Shown in pieces: positions 34,609 through 49,600 of a stretch of 64,000 nucleotides of DNA. The DNA comes from Eledone cirrhosa (taxonomy: Eukaryota), in the NCBI GenBank assembly GCA_964016885.1, contig OZ024741.1, positions 114,576,001 through 114,640,000 on the forward strand, read 5' to 3'. The translations under genes were made by a program, and so were the position numbers. The notes below the pieces were generated by a model, which saw only the letters and a program-made list of their open reading frames with translations, searched no databases and was not told where the DNA came from. Every line of letters begins with the position of its first letter. Within the stretch, counting starts at the first letter, position 1.

Positions 34609-37600
34609 CAAATAAAAAAAACGGGGCACCCAAATAAAAACGGAACACCCCATAAAAAAACGGAGCACATAAATAAAAAAACGGACCTCCCCCCATAAAA
34701 AACGGGGCACCCAAATAAAAAACGGACCCTCCCATAAAAAAACGGGGCACCCAAATAAAAAACGAACACCCAATAAAATAACGGGGCACCCAAATAAAAA
34801 ACGGACATCCCCCCCATAAAAAACGTGGCACCCAGATAAAAAACGGGGCACCCAAATAAAAAAAACGGTGCACCCAAATAAAAAACGGACTCCCCCATAA
34901 AAAACGGGGCACCCAAATAAAAAAACGGGACACCCAAATAAAAAACGGGGCACCCAAATAGAAAACGGAACCCCCCATAAAAAAACGGGGTACCCAAATA
35001 AAAACCCAAATAAAAAACCCAAATAAACCCTCCCCCATAATAAAAACGATGCACCCAAATAAAAAAACGGACCCCCCCCCCATAAAAAACGGCAACCGAA
35101 TAAAAAATGGACCCCCCCATAAAGAAACGGGGCACACAAATAAAAAACGGTGCACCCAAATAAAAAAACGAGGCACCCAAATAAAAAACGGGGCACCCAA
35201 ATAGAAAACGGAGCCCCCATAAAAAAACTGTGCACCCAAATAAGAAAACGGGGCACCCAAATAAAAAACAGACCCCCTCATAAAAAAACGAGCCACCCAA
35301 ATAAAAAACGGAACCTCCCCATAAAAAAGGGGCACTCAAATAAAAAACGGGGAACCCAAATAAAAAAAGGCACCCAAATAAGAAAACGGGGCACCCAAAT
35401 AACCCCCCCTAAAAAAAACGGGGTACCCAAATAAAAAACAGTCCTCCCATAAAAAGACGGGGCACCCAAATAAAAAAACGGGGCACCCAAATAAAAAACT
35501 GACCCCCCCCATAAAAAACGGACCCCCTCCATAAAAAAACAAGGCACCCAAATAAAAAACGGACCGCACCCAAAAAAGGGGGCACCCAAATAAAAAACGG
35601 GACATCCAAATAAAAAACGGGGCAGCAAAATAAAAAAAACGGGGCACCCAAATAAAAAACGGACCCCCTATAAAAAAATTTGCACCCAAATAAAAATCGG
35701 ACCCCCCCATAAAAAAACGGGGCACCCAAATAAAAAACGCCCCCCCATAAAAAACTGGGCACCAAAATAAAAAAACGGTGCACCCAAATAAAAAACGGAC
35801 TCCCCCATAAAAAACGAGGCACCCAAATAAAAAACGGGACACCCAAATAAAAAACGGGGCACCCAAATAGAAAACGGACCCCCCCCCCATAAAAAAACGG
35901 GGAACCCAAATAAAAACAAAAATAAAAAACCCAAATAAACCCTCCCCGATAATAAAAACGGTGCACCCAAATAAAAAAACGGACCCCCCCCCCTAAAAAA
36001 CGAGGCAACCGAATAAAAAATGGACCCCCCCATAAAGAAACGGGGCACACAAATAAAAAACGGGGCACCCAAATAAAAAAACGGGGCACCCAAATAAAGA
36101 ACGGGTCACCCAAATAAAAAACGGACCCCCCCTATAAAAAAACGGTGCACCCAAATAAAAAAATGAGGCACCCAAATAAAAAAACGGGGCACCCAAATAG
36201 AAAACGGAGCCCCCATAAAAAAACTGTGCACCCAAATAAAAAAACGGGGCACCCAAATAAAAAACAGACCCCCTCATAAAAAAACGGGCCACCCAAATAA
36301 AAAACGGAACCTCCCCATAAAAAAGGGGCACCCAAATAAAAAAGGGGGAACCCAAATAAAAAAAGGCACCCAAATAAGAAAACGGGGCACCCTAAAAAAA
36401 CGGGGTACCCAAATAAAAAACAGTCCTCCCATAAAAAGACGGGGCACCCAAATAAAAAAACGGGGCACCCAAATAAAAAACAGTCCTCCCATAAAAAGAC
36501 GGGGCACCCAAATAAAAAAACGGGGCACCCAAATAAAAAACGAGGCACCCAAATAAAAAACGGAGCCCCCCCCATAAAAAACGGACCCCCTCCATAAAAA
36601 AACGAGGCACCCAAATAAAAAACGGACCGCACCCCCAAAAAGGGGGCACCCAAATAAAAAACGGGAAATCCAAATAAAAAACAGGGCACCCAAATTAAAA
36701 ACGGGGCAGCAAAATAAAAAAAACGGGGCACCCAAATAAAAAACGGACCCCCTATAAAAAAATTTGCACTCAAATAAAAAAATGGGGCACCCAAATAAAA
36801 AACGGGGCACCCAAATAAAAATCGGATCCCCCATAAAAAAACGGGGCACCCAAATAAAAAAAGCCGCCCCACACAAATAAAAAAAAGACACCCCACATAA
36901 AAAATGGGGAACATAATAAAAAACGGGGCACCCAAATAAAAAACGGACCCCCATAATAAACGGACCACCCTCCATAAAAAAACGGAGCACCCAAATAAAA
37001 AATGAGCCCCCCAAAACGGGCACCCAAATAAAAAACGGGGAACCTAAATAAAAAAGGGGCACCCAAAGAAAAAACGGGGCACCCAAATAAAAACCGCCCC
37101 CCAATAAAAAAACGAGGCACCCAAATAAAAAACGGTCGCACCCACAAAAAAACGGGGCACCCAAATAAAAAACGGGGCACCCAAATAGAAAACAGACCCC
37201 CCCATAAAAAAGCGGGGCACCCAAATAAAAATACGGAGCATCCAAATAAAAAAACGGGGCACCCAAATGAAAAAACGAAGCACACCAATAAAAAACGGAC
37301 TCCCCATAAAAAACGGGGCACCCAAATAAATAACGGACCCCACATAAAAAAACGGGGCACCCAAATAAAAAACGGACCCCCCAATAAAATAACGAGGCAC
37401 CCAAATTAAAAACGGACCCCCATAAAAAACGGGGCACTCAAATAAGAAAACGGGATACATAGATAAAAAACTGGTCACCCAAATAAAAAAGCGGGTTACC
37501 CAAAAAAGAAACGGGGCACCCAAATAAAAAACGGACCCCCGCAGAAAGAAACGGGGCACCCAAATAAAAAAAACGGGGCACCCAAATAAAAAACGCCGCT

Positions 37601-40600
37601 CCCCCATAAAAAAGGGGCACTCAAATAAAAAACAGGGAATCCAAATTAAAAAAAAGACTCCCAAATAAAAAAACGGGGTACCCAAATAAAAAACGGGGCA
37701 CCCAAATAAAATACGCCCCCCCCATAATAAACGGGACATCAAATAAAAAAATGGACACCCCACATAAAAAATGGGGCACATAATAAAAACCGGATCCTCC
37801 CGATAAAAAAACGGGGCACCCAAATAAAAAACTGAACCCCCCCCCATAAAAAAGGGGCACCCAAATAAAAAACGGGGCACCCAAATAAAAACCGCCCCCA
37901 ATAAAAAAACGGGGCACCCAAATAAAAACCGCCCCCAATAAAAAAACGGGGCACCCAAATAAAAATCGGTCCCACCCATAAAAAAACGGGGCACCCAAAT
38001 AAAAAAACGGGACACCCAAATAAAAAACGGAGCATCCAAATAGAAAACGGATCATCCCATAAAAAAGCGGGACACCCAAATCAAAAACGGGGCACCCAAA
38101 TAAAAAACGGACCCCCCCATAAAACAGGGGCCACCCATATAAAAAACGGGGCTACCAAATAAAAAACGGGGCACCCAAATAAAAAAACGGGGCACACCAA
38201 TAAAAAACGGACCCCCATAAAAAACGGGGCACCCAAATAAATAACGGACCCCCCCATAAAAAACGGGGCTCCCAAATAAAAAACGGGACCCCCCAATAAA
38301 ATAACGAGGCACCCAAATAGAAAACGGAACCCCCCATAAAAAACGGGGCACCCAAATAAAAAAACGGGATACCCAGATAAAAAACGGGGCACCAAAATAA
38401 AAAAAACGGGTCACCCAATTAAGAAACGGGGCACCCAAATAAAGAAATTGGACCCCCCAGAAAGAGACGGTGCACCCAAAGAAAAAACGGGGCTCCCAAA
38501 TAAAAAAGGGGCACCCACATAAAAAACGGACCCTCCCCATATAAAACGGTGCACCCAAATAAAAAACGAAACCCCCATAAAGAAAGGGGCACCCAAATAA
38601 AAAACGGGGCATCCAAATAAAAAAAAAAGAAACCCAAATAAAAAAACGGGGCACCCAAATAAAAACCGTCGCCAATAAAAAAACAGGGCACCCAAATAAA
38701 AAATGGCCCCCCCATAAAAAAACGGCGCACCCAAATAAAAAACGGAGCCCCCATAAAATAACGGGGCACCCAAATAAAAAAACGCGACACCCAAATAAAA
38801 AACGGAGCACCCAAATAGAAAACGAACCATCCCATAAAAAAGCGGGACACCCAAATAAAAAAAGGACCCCCATAAAAAAGGGGCCACCCAAATAAAAAAC
38901 GGGGCACCCAAATAAAAAACGTGGCACCCAAATAAAAAAAATGAGGCACACCAAAAAAAAACGGACCCCCCATAAAAAACGGGGCACCCAAATAAAAAAT
39001 GGGACACCCAAATAAAAAAACGGGACACCCAAAAAACGGGGCATCCAAATAAAAACGGGGCACCCAAATAAAAAAACGGGGCACACCAATAAAAAACTGA
39101 CTCCCCATAAAAACGGGGCACCCAAATAAATAACGGACACCCCATAAAAAAACGGGGCACCCAAATAAAAAACGGACCCCCCAATAAAATAAGGAGGCAC
39201 CCAAATAAAAAACGGATCCCCCCATAAAAAAACGGGCCACCCAAATAAAAAACGGAACACCCAAATAAAAAACGGGGCACCCAAATAAAAAAACTGGGCA
39301 CCCAAATAAAAAACGGGACACCCAAATAAAAAACGGGGCACCCCATAAAAAAACGGGGCACCCAAATAAAAAACGGGACACCCAAATAAAAACGGGGCAC
39401 CCAAATAAAAAAACGGGGCACACCAATAAAAAACTGACTCCCCATAAAAAACGGGACACTCCCATAAAAAAACGGGGCACCCAAATAAAAAACGGGACAC
39501 TCAAATAAAAACGGGGCACCCAAATAAAAAAACGGGGCACACCAATAAAAAACTGACTCCCCATAAAAACGGGGCACCCAAATAAATAACGGACACCCCA
39601 TAAAAAAACGGGGCACCCAAATAAAAAACGGACCCCCCAATAAAATAAGGAGGCACCCAAATAAAAAACGGATCCCCCCATAAAAAAACGGGGCACCCAA
39701 ATAAAAAACGAACCCCCAATAAAATAACAGGGCACCCAAATAAAAAACGGGGCCCCCAAATAAGAAAACGGGGCTCACCAATAAAAAACGGGGCACCCCC
39801 ATAAAAAAACGGGGCACCCAAATAAAAAACGGCCCACCATAAAAAACAGGGCACCTAAATAAAAAACGGACCCCCCCAATAAAATAACGGGGCACCCAAA
39901 TAAAAAACGGGTCACCCCCCAAAAAACGGGGCACACCAATAAAAAACGGACCCCACCATAAAAAAACGGGGCACCCAAATAAAAAAACGAACCCCCACCA
40001 TAAAAAAATGGGCCATCCAAATAAAAAACGGGACACCCAAATAAAAAACGGGGCACCCAAATAAAAAATGGGGCACCAAATAAGAAAACGGGGCACACCA
40101 ATAAAAAGCGGACCCCCCCCATAAAAACGGGGCACCCAAATAAAAAAACGGGGCACCCAAATAAAAAACGAGGCACCCAAATAAATAACAATCACACCAA
40201 TAAAAAACGGATCCCCATAAAAAACGGGGCACCCAAATAAATAACGGACCCCCCCATAAATAAACGGGGTACCCAAATAAAAAACGGACCCCCCAATAAA
40301 ATAACGAGGCACCCAAATTAAAAACGGACCCCCTATAAAAAACGCGGCACCCAGATAAGAAAACGCGATACCCAGATAAAAAACGCGGAACCAAAATAAA
40401 AAAACCGGGCACCCAAATAATAAACGCCGCTCCCCCATAAAAAAGGGGCACCCAAATAAAAAGCGGACCCTCCCCATAAAATAGGGGGACCCAAATAAAA
40501 AACGGGGAATCCAAGTTTAAAAAAAGACACCCAAATAAAAAAGAGGCACCCTATTAAAAAACGGACCCTTCCGATAAAAAACTGAACCCCCCCCCATGAA

Positions 40601-43600
40601 AAAGGGGCACCCAAATAAAAAACGGGAACCCAAATAAAAATTAAAACACCCAAATAAGAAAACGGGGCAGCCAAATAAAAATCGGTCCCCCCATAACAGA
40701 ACGGGGCACCCAAATAAAAATCGGATCCCCCATAAAAAAACGGGGCACCCAAATAAAAAAAGCCCCCCCCCACCCAAATAAAAAAAAGACACCCCACATA
40801 AAAAATGGGGAACATAATAAAAAACGGGGCACCCAAATAAAAAACGGACCCCCCATAATAAACGGACCACCCTCCATAAAAAAACGGAGCACCCAAATAA
40901 AAAATGAGCCCCCCCAAAACGGGCACCCAAATAAAAAACGGGGAACCTAAATAAAAAAGGGGCACCCAAAGAAAAAACGGGGCACCCAAATAAAAACCGC
41001 CCCCCAATAAAAAAACGAGGCACCCAAATAAAAAACGGTCGCACCCACAAAAAAACGGGGCACCCAAATAAAAAACGGGGCACCCAAATAGAAAACAGAC
41101 CCCCCCATAAAAAAGCGGGGCACCCAAATAAAAATACGGAGCATCCAAATAAAAAAACGGGGCACCCAAATGAAAAAACGAAGCACACCAATAAAAAACG
41201 GACTCCCCATAAAAAACGGGGCACCCAAATAAATAACGGACCCCACATAAAAAAACGGGGCACCCAAATAAAAAACGGACCCCCCAATAAAATAACGAGG
41301 CACCCAAATTAAAAACGGACCCCCATAAAAAACGGGGGACTCAAATAAGAAAACGGGATACATAGATAAAAAACTGGTCACCCAAATAAAAAAGCGGGTT
41401 ACCCAAAAAAGAAACGGGGCACCCAAATAAAAAACGGACCCCCGCAGAAAGAAACGGGGCACCCAAATAAAAAACGCCGCTCCCCCATAAAAAAGGGGCA
41501 CTCAAATAAAAAACAGGGAATCCAAATTAAAAAAAAGACTCCCAAATAAAAAAACGGGGTACCCAAATAAAAAACGGGGCACCCAAATAAAATACGCCCC
41601 CCCCCATAATAAACGGGACATCAAATAAAAAAATGGACACCCCACATAAAAAAATGGGGCACATAATAAAAAACGGATCCTCCCGATAAAAAAACGGGGC
41701 ACCCAAATAAAAAACTGAACCCCCCCCATAAAAAAGGGGCACCCAAATAAAAAACGGGGCACCCAAATAAAAACCGCCCCCAATAAAAAAACGGGGCACC
41801 CAAATAAAAACCGCCCCCAATAAAAAAACGGGGCACCCAAATAAAAATCGGTCCCACCCATAAAAAAACGGGGCACCCAAATAAAAAACTGAACCCCCCC
41901 CCCATAAAAAAGGGGCACCCAAATAAAAAACGGGGCACCCAAATAAAAACCGCCCCCAATAAAAAAAACGGGGCACCCAAATAAAAACCGCCCCCAATAA
42001 AAAAACGGGGCACCCAAATAAAAATCGGTCCCACCCAGAAAAAAACGGGGCACCCAAATAAAAAAACGGGACACCCAAATAAAAAACGGAGCATCCAAAT
42101 AGAAAACGGATCATCCCATAAAAAAGCGGGACACCCAAATAAAAAAACGGGCCACCCAAATCAAAAACGGGGCACCCAAATAAAAAACGGACCCCCCCCA
42201 TAAAACAGGGGCCACCCATATAAAAAACGGGGCTACCAAATAAAAAACGGGGCACCCAAATAAAAAAACGGGGCACACCAATAAAAAACGGACCCCCATA
42301 AAAAACGGGGCACCCAAATAAATAACGGACCCCCCCATAAAAAACGGGGCTCCCAAATAAAAAACGGGACCCCCCAATAAAATAACGAGGCACCCAAATA
42401 GAAAACGGAACCCCCCATAAAAAACGGGGCACCCAAATAAAAACACGGGATACCCAGATAAAAAACGGGGCACCAAAATAAAAAAAGCGGGTCACCCAAT
42501 TAAGAAACGGGGCACCCAAATAAAGAAATTGGACCCCCCAGAAAGAGACGGTGCACCCAAAGAAAAAACGGGGCTCCCAAATAAAAAAGGGGCACCCACA
42601 TAAAAAACGGACCCTCCCCATAAAAAACGGTGCACCCAAATAAAAAACGAAACCCCCATAAAGAAAGGGGCACCCAAATAAAAAACGGGGCATCCAAATA
42701 AAAAAAAAAGAAACCCAAATAAAAAAACGGGGCACCCAAATAAAAAACGGACCCTCCCCATAAAAAACGGTGCACCCAAATAAAAAACGAAACCCCCATA
42801 AAGAAAGGGGCACCCAAATAAAAAACGGGGCATCCAAATAAAAAAAAAAGAAACCCAAATAAAAAAACGGGGCACCCAAATAAAAACCGTCCCCAATAAA
42901 AAAACAGGGCACCCAAATAAAAAATGGCCCCCCCATAAAAAAACGGCGCACCCAAATAAAAAACGGAGCCCCCATAAAATAACGGGGCACCCAAATAAAA
43001 AAACGTGACACCCAAATAAAAAACGGAGCACCCAAATAGAAAACGAACCATCCCATAAAAAAGCGGGACACCCAAATAAAAAAAGGCCCCCCCATAATAA
43101 AGGGGCCACCCAAATAAAAAACGGGGCACCCAAATAAAAAACGTGGCACCCAAATAAAAAAAATGACGCACACCAAAAAAAAACGGACCCCCATAAAAAA
43201 CGGGGCACCCAAATAAAAAATGGGACACCCAAATAAAAAAAACGGGACACCCAAATAAAAAACGGGACATCCAAATAAAAACGGGGCACCCAAATAAAAA
43301 ACGGGGCACACCAATAAAAAACGGATCCCCATAAAAAACGGGGCACCCAAATAAATAACGGACCCCCCCATAAATAAACGGGGTACCCAAATAAAAAACG
43401 GACCCCCCAATAAAATAACGAGGCACCCAAATTAAAAACGGAACCCCCATAAAAAACGCGGCACCCAGATAAGAAAACGCGATACCCAGATAAAAAACGC
43501 GGAACCAAAATAAAAAAACCGGGCACCCAAATAATAAACGCCGCTCCCCCATAAAAAAGGGGCACCCAAATAAAAAGCGGACCCTCCCCATAAAATAGGG

Positions 43601-46600
43601 GGACCCAAATAAAAAACGGGGAATCCAAATTTAAAAAAAGACACCCAAATAAAAAAGAGGCACCCTATTAAAAAACGGACCCTTCCGATAAAAAACTGAC
43701 CCCCCCCCATGAAAAAGGGGCACCCAAATAAAAAACGGGAACCCAAATAAAAATTAAAACACCCAAATAAGAAAACGGGGCAGCCAAATAAAAATCGGTC
43801 CCCCCATAACAGAACGGGGCACCCAAATAAAAAACGGAGCCCCCATAAAATAACGGGGCACCCAAATAAAAAAACGGCACACCCAAATGAAAAACGGAGC
43901 ACCCAAATAGAAAACGGATCATCCCATAAAAAAGCGGGACACCCAAATAACAATACGGGCCACCCAAATCAAAAACGGGGCACCCAAATAAAAAACGGCC
44001 CACCATAAAAAACAGGGCACCCAAATTAAAAACAGACCCCCCCAATAAAATAACGGGGCACCCAAATAAAAAACGGGTCACCCCCCCAAAAAACGGGGCG
44101 CACCAATAAAAAACGGACACCACCATAAAAAAACGGGGCACCCAAATAAAAACACCGACCCCCACCATAAAAAATGGGCCATCACAATAAAAAACGGGAC
44201 ACCCAAATAAAAAACGGGGCACCCAAATAAAAAACAGGGCACCCAAATAAAAAAACGGGGCACCAAATAAGAAAACGGGGCACACCAATAAAAAACGGAC
44301 CCCCCCATAAAAAAATGGGGCAGCCAAATAAAAAACGAACCCCCAATAAAATAACGGGGCACCCAAATAAAAAACGGACCCCCCATAAAAACGGGGCACC
44401 CAAATAAAAAACGGGACACCCAAATAATAAAACGGGGCACCCAAATAAAAAACGGTGCATCCAAATAAAAAAACAGGGCACCCAAATAAAAAACGGGGCA
44501 CCCAAATGAAAAAACAATCACACCAATAAAAAACGGATCCCCATAAAAAACGGGGCACCCAAATAAATAACGGACCCCCCATAAAAAAACGGGGCACCCA
44601 AATAATAAACGGACCCCCCCAATAAAATAACGAGGCACCCAAATTAAAAACGGACCCCCCATAAAAAACGCGGCACCCAGATAAGAAAACGCGATACCCA
44701 GATAAAAAACGCGGCACCCAAATAAAAAAGCGGGGCACCCAAATAAAAAAGAGGCACCCAAATAAAAAACGGACCCTCCCGATGAAAAAACGGGGCACCC
44801 AAATAAAAAACTGAACCCCCACATGAAAAAGGGGCACCCAAATAAAAAACGGGATCCCCCAAAAAAATTATAACACCCAAATAAGAAAACGGGGCACCCA
44901 AATAAATAACGGAGCCCCCATAAAATAACGGGGCACCCAAATAAAAAAACGGGACGCCCAAATAAAAAACGGAGCACCCAAATAGAAAACGGATCATCCC
45001 ATAAAAAAGCGGGACACCCAAATGAAAAAACGGGCCACCCAAATCAAAAACGGGGCACCCAAATAAAAAACGTACCCCCCATTAAAAACGGGGCACCCAA
45101 ATAAATAACGGAACCCCCATAAAAAAACGGGGCACCCAAACAAAAAACGGACCGCCCCCAATAAAATAACGAGGCACCCAAATAAAAAACGGACCCCCCC
45201 AATAAAAAACGGGGCACCCAAATAAGAAAACGGGATACCCAGATAAAAACCGGGGCACCCAAATAAAAAGAACGGGTCACCCAAATAAAAAACGGACCCC
45301 CCAGAAAGAAACGGGACACCCAAATAAAAAAACGGGGCACCCAAATAAAAAAAGCCGCTCCCCCATAAAAAAGGGGCACCCAAATAAAAAACGGGGAACC
45401 CAAATAAAAAAGACACAAATAAAAAAACGGGGCACCCAAATAAAAAACGGGGCACCCAAATAAAATACGCCCCCCCGCATAAAAAACGGGACATCAAATA
45501 AAAAAGTGGACACCCCACAAAAAAATGGGGCACATAATAAAAAACGGGGCACACAAATAAAAATAAAAACACCCAAATAAGGAAGCGGGGCACCCAAATA
45601 AAAACCGCCTCCAATAGAAAAACGGGGCACCCAAATAAAAATCGGTCCCCCATAACAAAACGGGGCACCCAAATAAAAAACGGAGCCCCCATAAAATAAC
45701 GGGGCACCCAAATAAAAAAACGGGCCACCCAAATCAAAAACGGGGGACCCAAATAAAAAACGGACCCCCCCATAAAAAAGGGGCCACCCAAATAAAAAAC
45801 GGGGCACCCAAATAAAAAACGGGACACCCAATTAAAAAACGGGGCACACCAATAAAAAACGGACCCCCATAAAATAACGGGACACCCAAATAAATAACGG
45901 ACCCCCCCATAAAAAAATGGGGCACCCAAATAAAAAACGGACCCCCCAATAAAATAACGAGGCACGCAAATAAAAAAGGAACCCCCCATAAAAAACGGGG
46001 CACCCAAATAAAAAAACGGGATACCCAGATAAAAAAACGGGGCACCCAAATAAAAAACGGGTCACCCAAATAAGAAACGGGGCACCCAAATAAAAAACGG
46101 ACCCCCAGAAAGAAACGGGGCACCCAAATAAAAAACGGGTCTCCCAAATAAAAGAACGGGGCACCCAAATAAAAAACGCACCCCCATAAAAAAGGGGCAC
46201 CCAAATAAAAAAGGGACCCTCCCCATAAAAAACGGGAACTCAAATAAAAAACGGAACCCCCATAACATAAAAAAGGGGCACCCAAATAAAAAACAGCGCA
46301 CCCAAATAAAAAGACACCCAAATAAAAAAACGGGACACCCATATAAAAAACGGGGCACCCAAATAAAAAACGGTCCCCCATAAAAATACGGGGCACCCAA
46401 ATAAAAAAACGGACCCCCCATAAAAAAACGGGCCACCCAAATAGAAAACGGGACTCCCAAATAAAAAATCGGGGCACCCAAATAAAAAACGGGGTACCCA
46501 AATAAAAAATAGGGCACCCAAATAAAAAACGGGGCACCCAAATAATAAACACCCCCCCATAAAAAACAGGGCACCCAAATAAAAAACGCCCCTAAAATAA

Positions 46601-49600
46601 AAAAGGGGCACCCAAATAAAAAACGGACCCTCCTCATAAAAAAACGGGGCACCCAAATAAAAAACGGAACATCCCATAAAAAGGGCCACCAAAATAAAAA
46701 ACGGGGCACCCAAATAAAAAAAGACACCAAAATAAAAAACGGGACACCCAAATAATATACGCCCCCTCCCCATAAAAAATGGGGCATCCAAATTAAAAAC
46801 GGACACCCCACATAAAAAAATGGGGCACATAATAAAAACGGGGCACTCAAATAAAAAACGGACCCCCATAATAAACGGACCCCCTCTATAAGAAAACGGG
46901 GCAACCAAATAAAAAACTGACCACCCTAAAAAACGGGCACCCAAATAAAAAAGGGGCAACTAAATAGAAAACGGGGCACCCAAATAATAAACGGTTACCC
47001 CCATAAATAAACGGGGCACCCAAATAAAAAACAGGTCACCCAAATAAAAAACGGGGCACCCAAATAAAAAACGGACACCCCCATAAAAAACGGGGCACCC
47101 AAATAAAAAAACCGACACCCCATAAAAAACGGGCCACCCAAATAAAAAACGGGACTCCCAAATTAAAAATCGGAGCACCCAAATAAAAAACAGGGCACCC
47201 AAATAAAAAACGGGACACACCAATAAAAAACGGATCCCTCCATTAAAAAACGGGGCACCCAAATATAAAACGCACACCCCCATAAAAAAACGGGGCACCC
47301 AAATAAAAAACGGACACCCCAATAAAATAACGGGGCACCCAAATAAAAAAACGGGGCAGCAAGATAAAAAACGGGTCACCCAAATAAAAAACGGTTCACC
47401 CAAATAAGAAATGGGTTACACAAATAAAAAACGGATCCCCCAAGTAAAAAAACAAGGCACCCAAATAAAAAAGGGGGCACCCAAATAAAAAACGGACACC
47501 GCCATAAAAAAACTGGGTACCCAAATAAAATACGGGGCACCCAAATAAAAAAAGGGGCACCCAAATAAAAAACGGGACACCCAAAGAAGAAAACATTGCA
47601 CCCAAATAAAAAACGGGGCACCCAAATAAAATACGGGGCACCCAAATAAAAAAAGGGGCACCCAAATAAAAAAAGGGGCACCCAAATAAAAAACGGGACA
47701 CCCAAAGAAGAAAACATTGCACCCAAATAAAAAACGGGGCACCCAAATAAAAACGGACCCCCGTAAAAAAACAAGGCACCCAGATAAAAAACGGGGCTCC
47801 CAAATAAAATAACGGGTCAACCAAATAAAAAACGGAGCACCCAAATAAAAAGACGGGGCACCCAAATAAAAAACAACCCCCCCCATAAAATAACGGGGCA
47901 CCAAAATAAAATACGTACACCCCATAAAAAAAACGGGGCACCCAAATAAAAAACGGGGCACCCAAATAAGAAAACGGTGAACCCAAACAAAAAAGGGGTA
48001 CCCAAATAAAAAACGGGGCACGCAAATAAGAAAATGGTGCACCCAAATAAAAAACGGTGCACCGAAATTAAAACGGACCACCCCATAGTAAAACGGGGCA
48101 CCAAAATAAAAAACGGACCCCACCATAAAAAAACGGGGCACCCAAATAAAAAAAGTGGCACCCAAGTAAAAAAACAAGGCACCCAGATAGTAACGGGGCA
48201 CCCAAATAAAATAACGGGTCAACCAAATAAAAAACGGAGCACCCAAATAAAAAGACGGGGCACCCAAATAAAAGACAGGGCACCCAAATAAAAAACGAAC
48301 CCCCCCATAAAAAAACTGGGCAGCCAAATAAAAACGGACCCCCACATAAAATAAAGGGGCAGCCAAATGAAAAACGGACCCCCCCATAAAAAAACGGTGC
48401 ACCTAAATAAAAAAACGGGGCAACGAAATAAAAAAAGGGACAACCAAATAAAAAACGGACCCCACATAAAAAATGGGGCACCCAAATTAAAAACGTGGCG
48501 GCACCCAAATAAAAAAACCAGGTACCCAGATAAAAAACGGGGCACCCAAATAAGAAACGGACCCCCCATAAAAAAACGGGGCACCCAAATATGAAACGGA
48601 CACCCCATAAAAAAACGGTGTACCAAAATAAAAAAACGGACCCCATAAAATAACGGGGCACCCAAATAAAAAACGGCGCACCCAAATTAAAAACGGACTC
48701 CCCCAAAATACGGGGCACCGAATTAAAAAACGGGGCACCCAAATAAAAAACAGCGCACCCAAATAAAAAGACACCCAAATAAAAAAACGGGACACCCATA
48801 TAAAAAACGGGGCGCCCAAATAAGAAACGGACCCCCATAAAAAAACGGGTCACCTAAATATGAGACGGACCCCCATAAAAAAACGGTGTACCAAAATTAA
48901 AAAAACGGACCCCATAAAATAACGGGGCACCCAAATAAAAAACGGCGCACCCAAATTAAAAACGGACTCCCCCAAAATACGGGGCACCGAATTAAAAAAC
49001 GGGGCACCCAAATAAAAAAACGAGGCACCCAGATAAAAAATGACGCACCCAAATAAAAAAACGGGATACCCAAATAAAAAACGAGGCAACCAAATAAAAA
49101 ATGGAACCCGCCATAAAAAGACGGGGCACCCAAATAAAAAACGGACCCCCATAAAAAATGGGGGACCCAAATAAAAAACGGGGCACCCAAATAAAAAAAC
49201 GAGTCACCCAGATAAAAAATGGCACACCCATATAAAAAACGGGGCAACCAAATAAAAAATGGAACCCTCCATAAAAAACGGGGCATCCAAATAAAAAACG
49301 GGGCACCCAAGTAAAAAAACAAGGCACCCAAATAAAAAACGGGGCACCCAAATGAAAAACGGACCCTCCATAAAAAAATGGGGCACCCAAATGAAAAACG
49401 GGGCACCAAAGTAAAAAAACAAGGCACCCAAATAAAAAACGGGGCACCCAAATAAAATAACGTTGCACCCAAATAAAAAAAGGGGCACCCAAATAAAAAA
49501 CGGGGCACCCAATTAAGAAAACGGTGCACCCAAATAAAAAACGGGACACCCAAATAAAATAACGGGTCAACCAAATAAAAAACGGGGCACCCAAATAAAA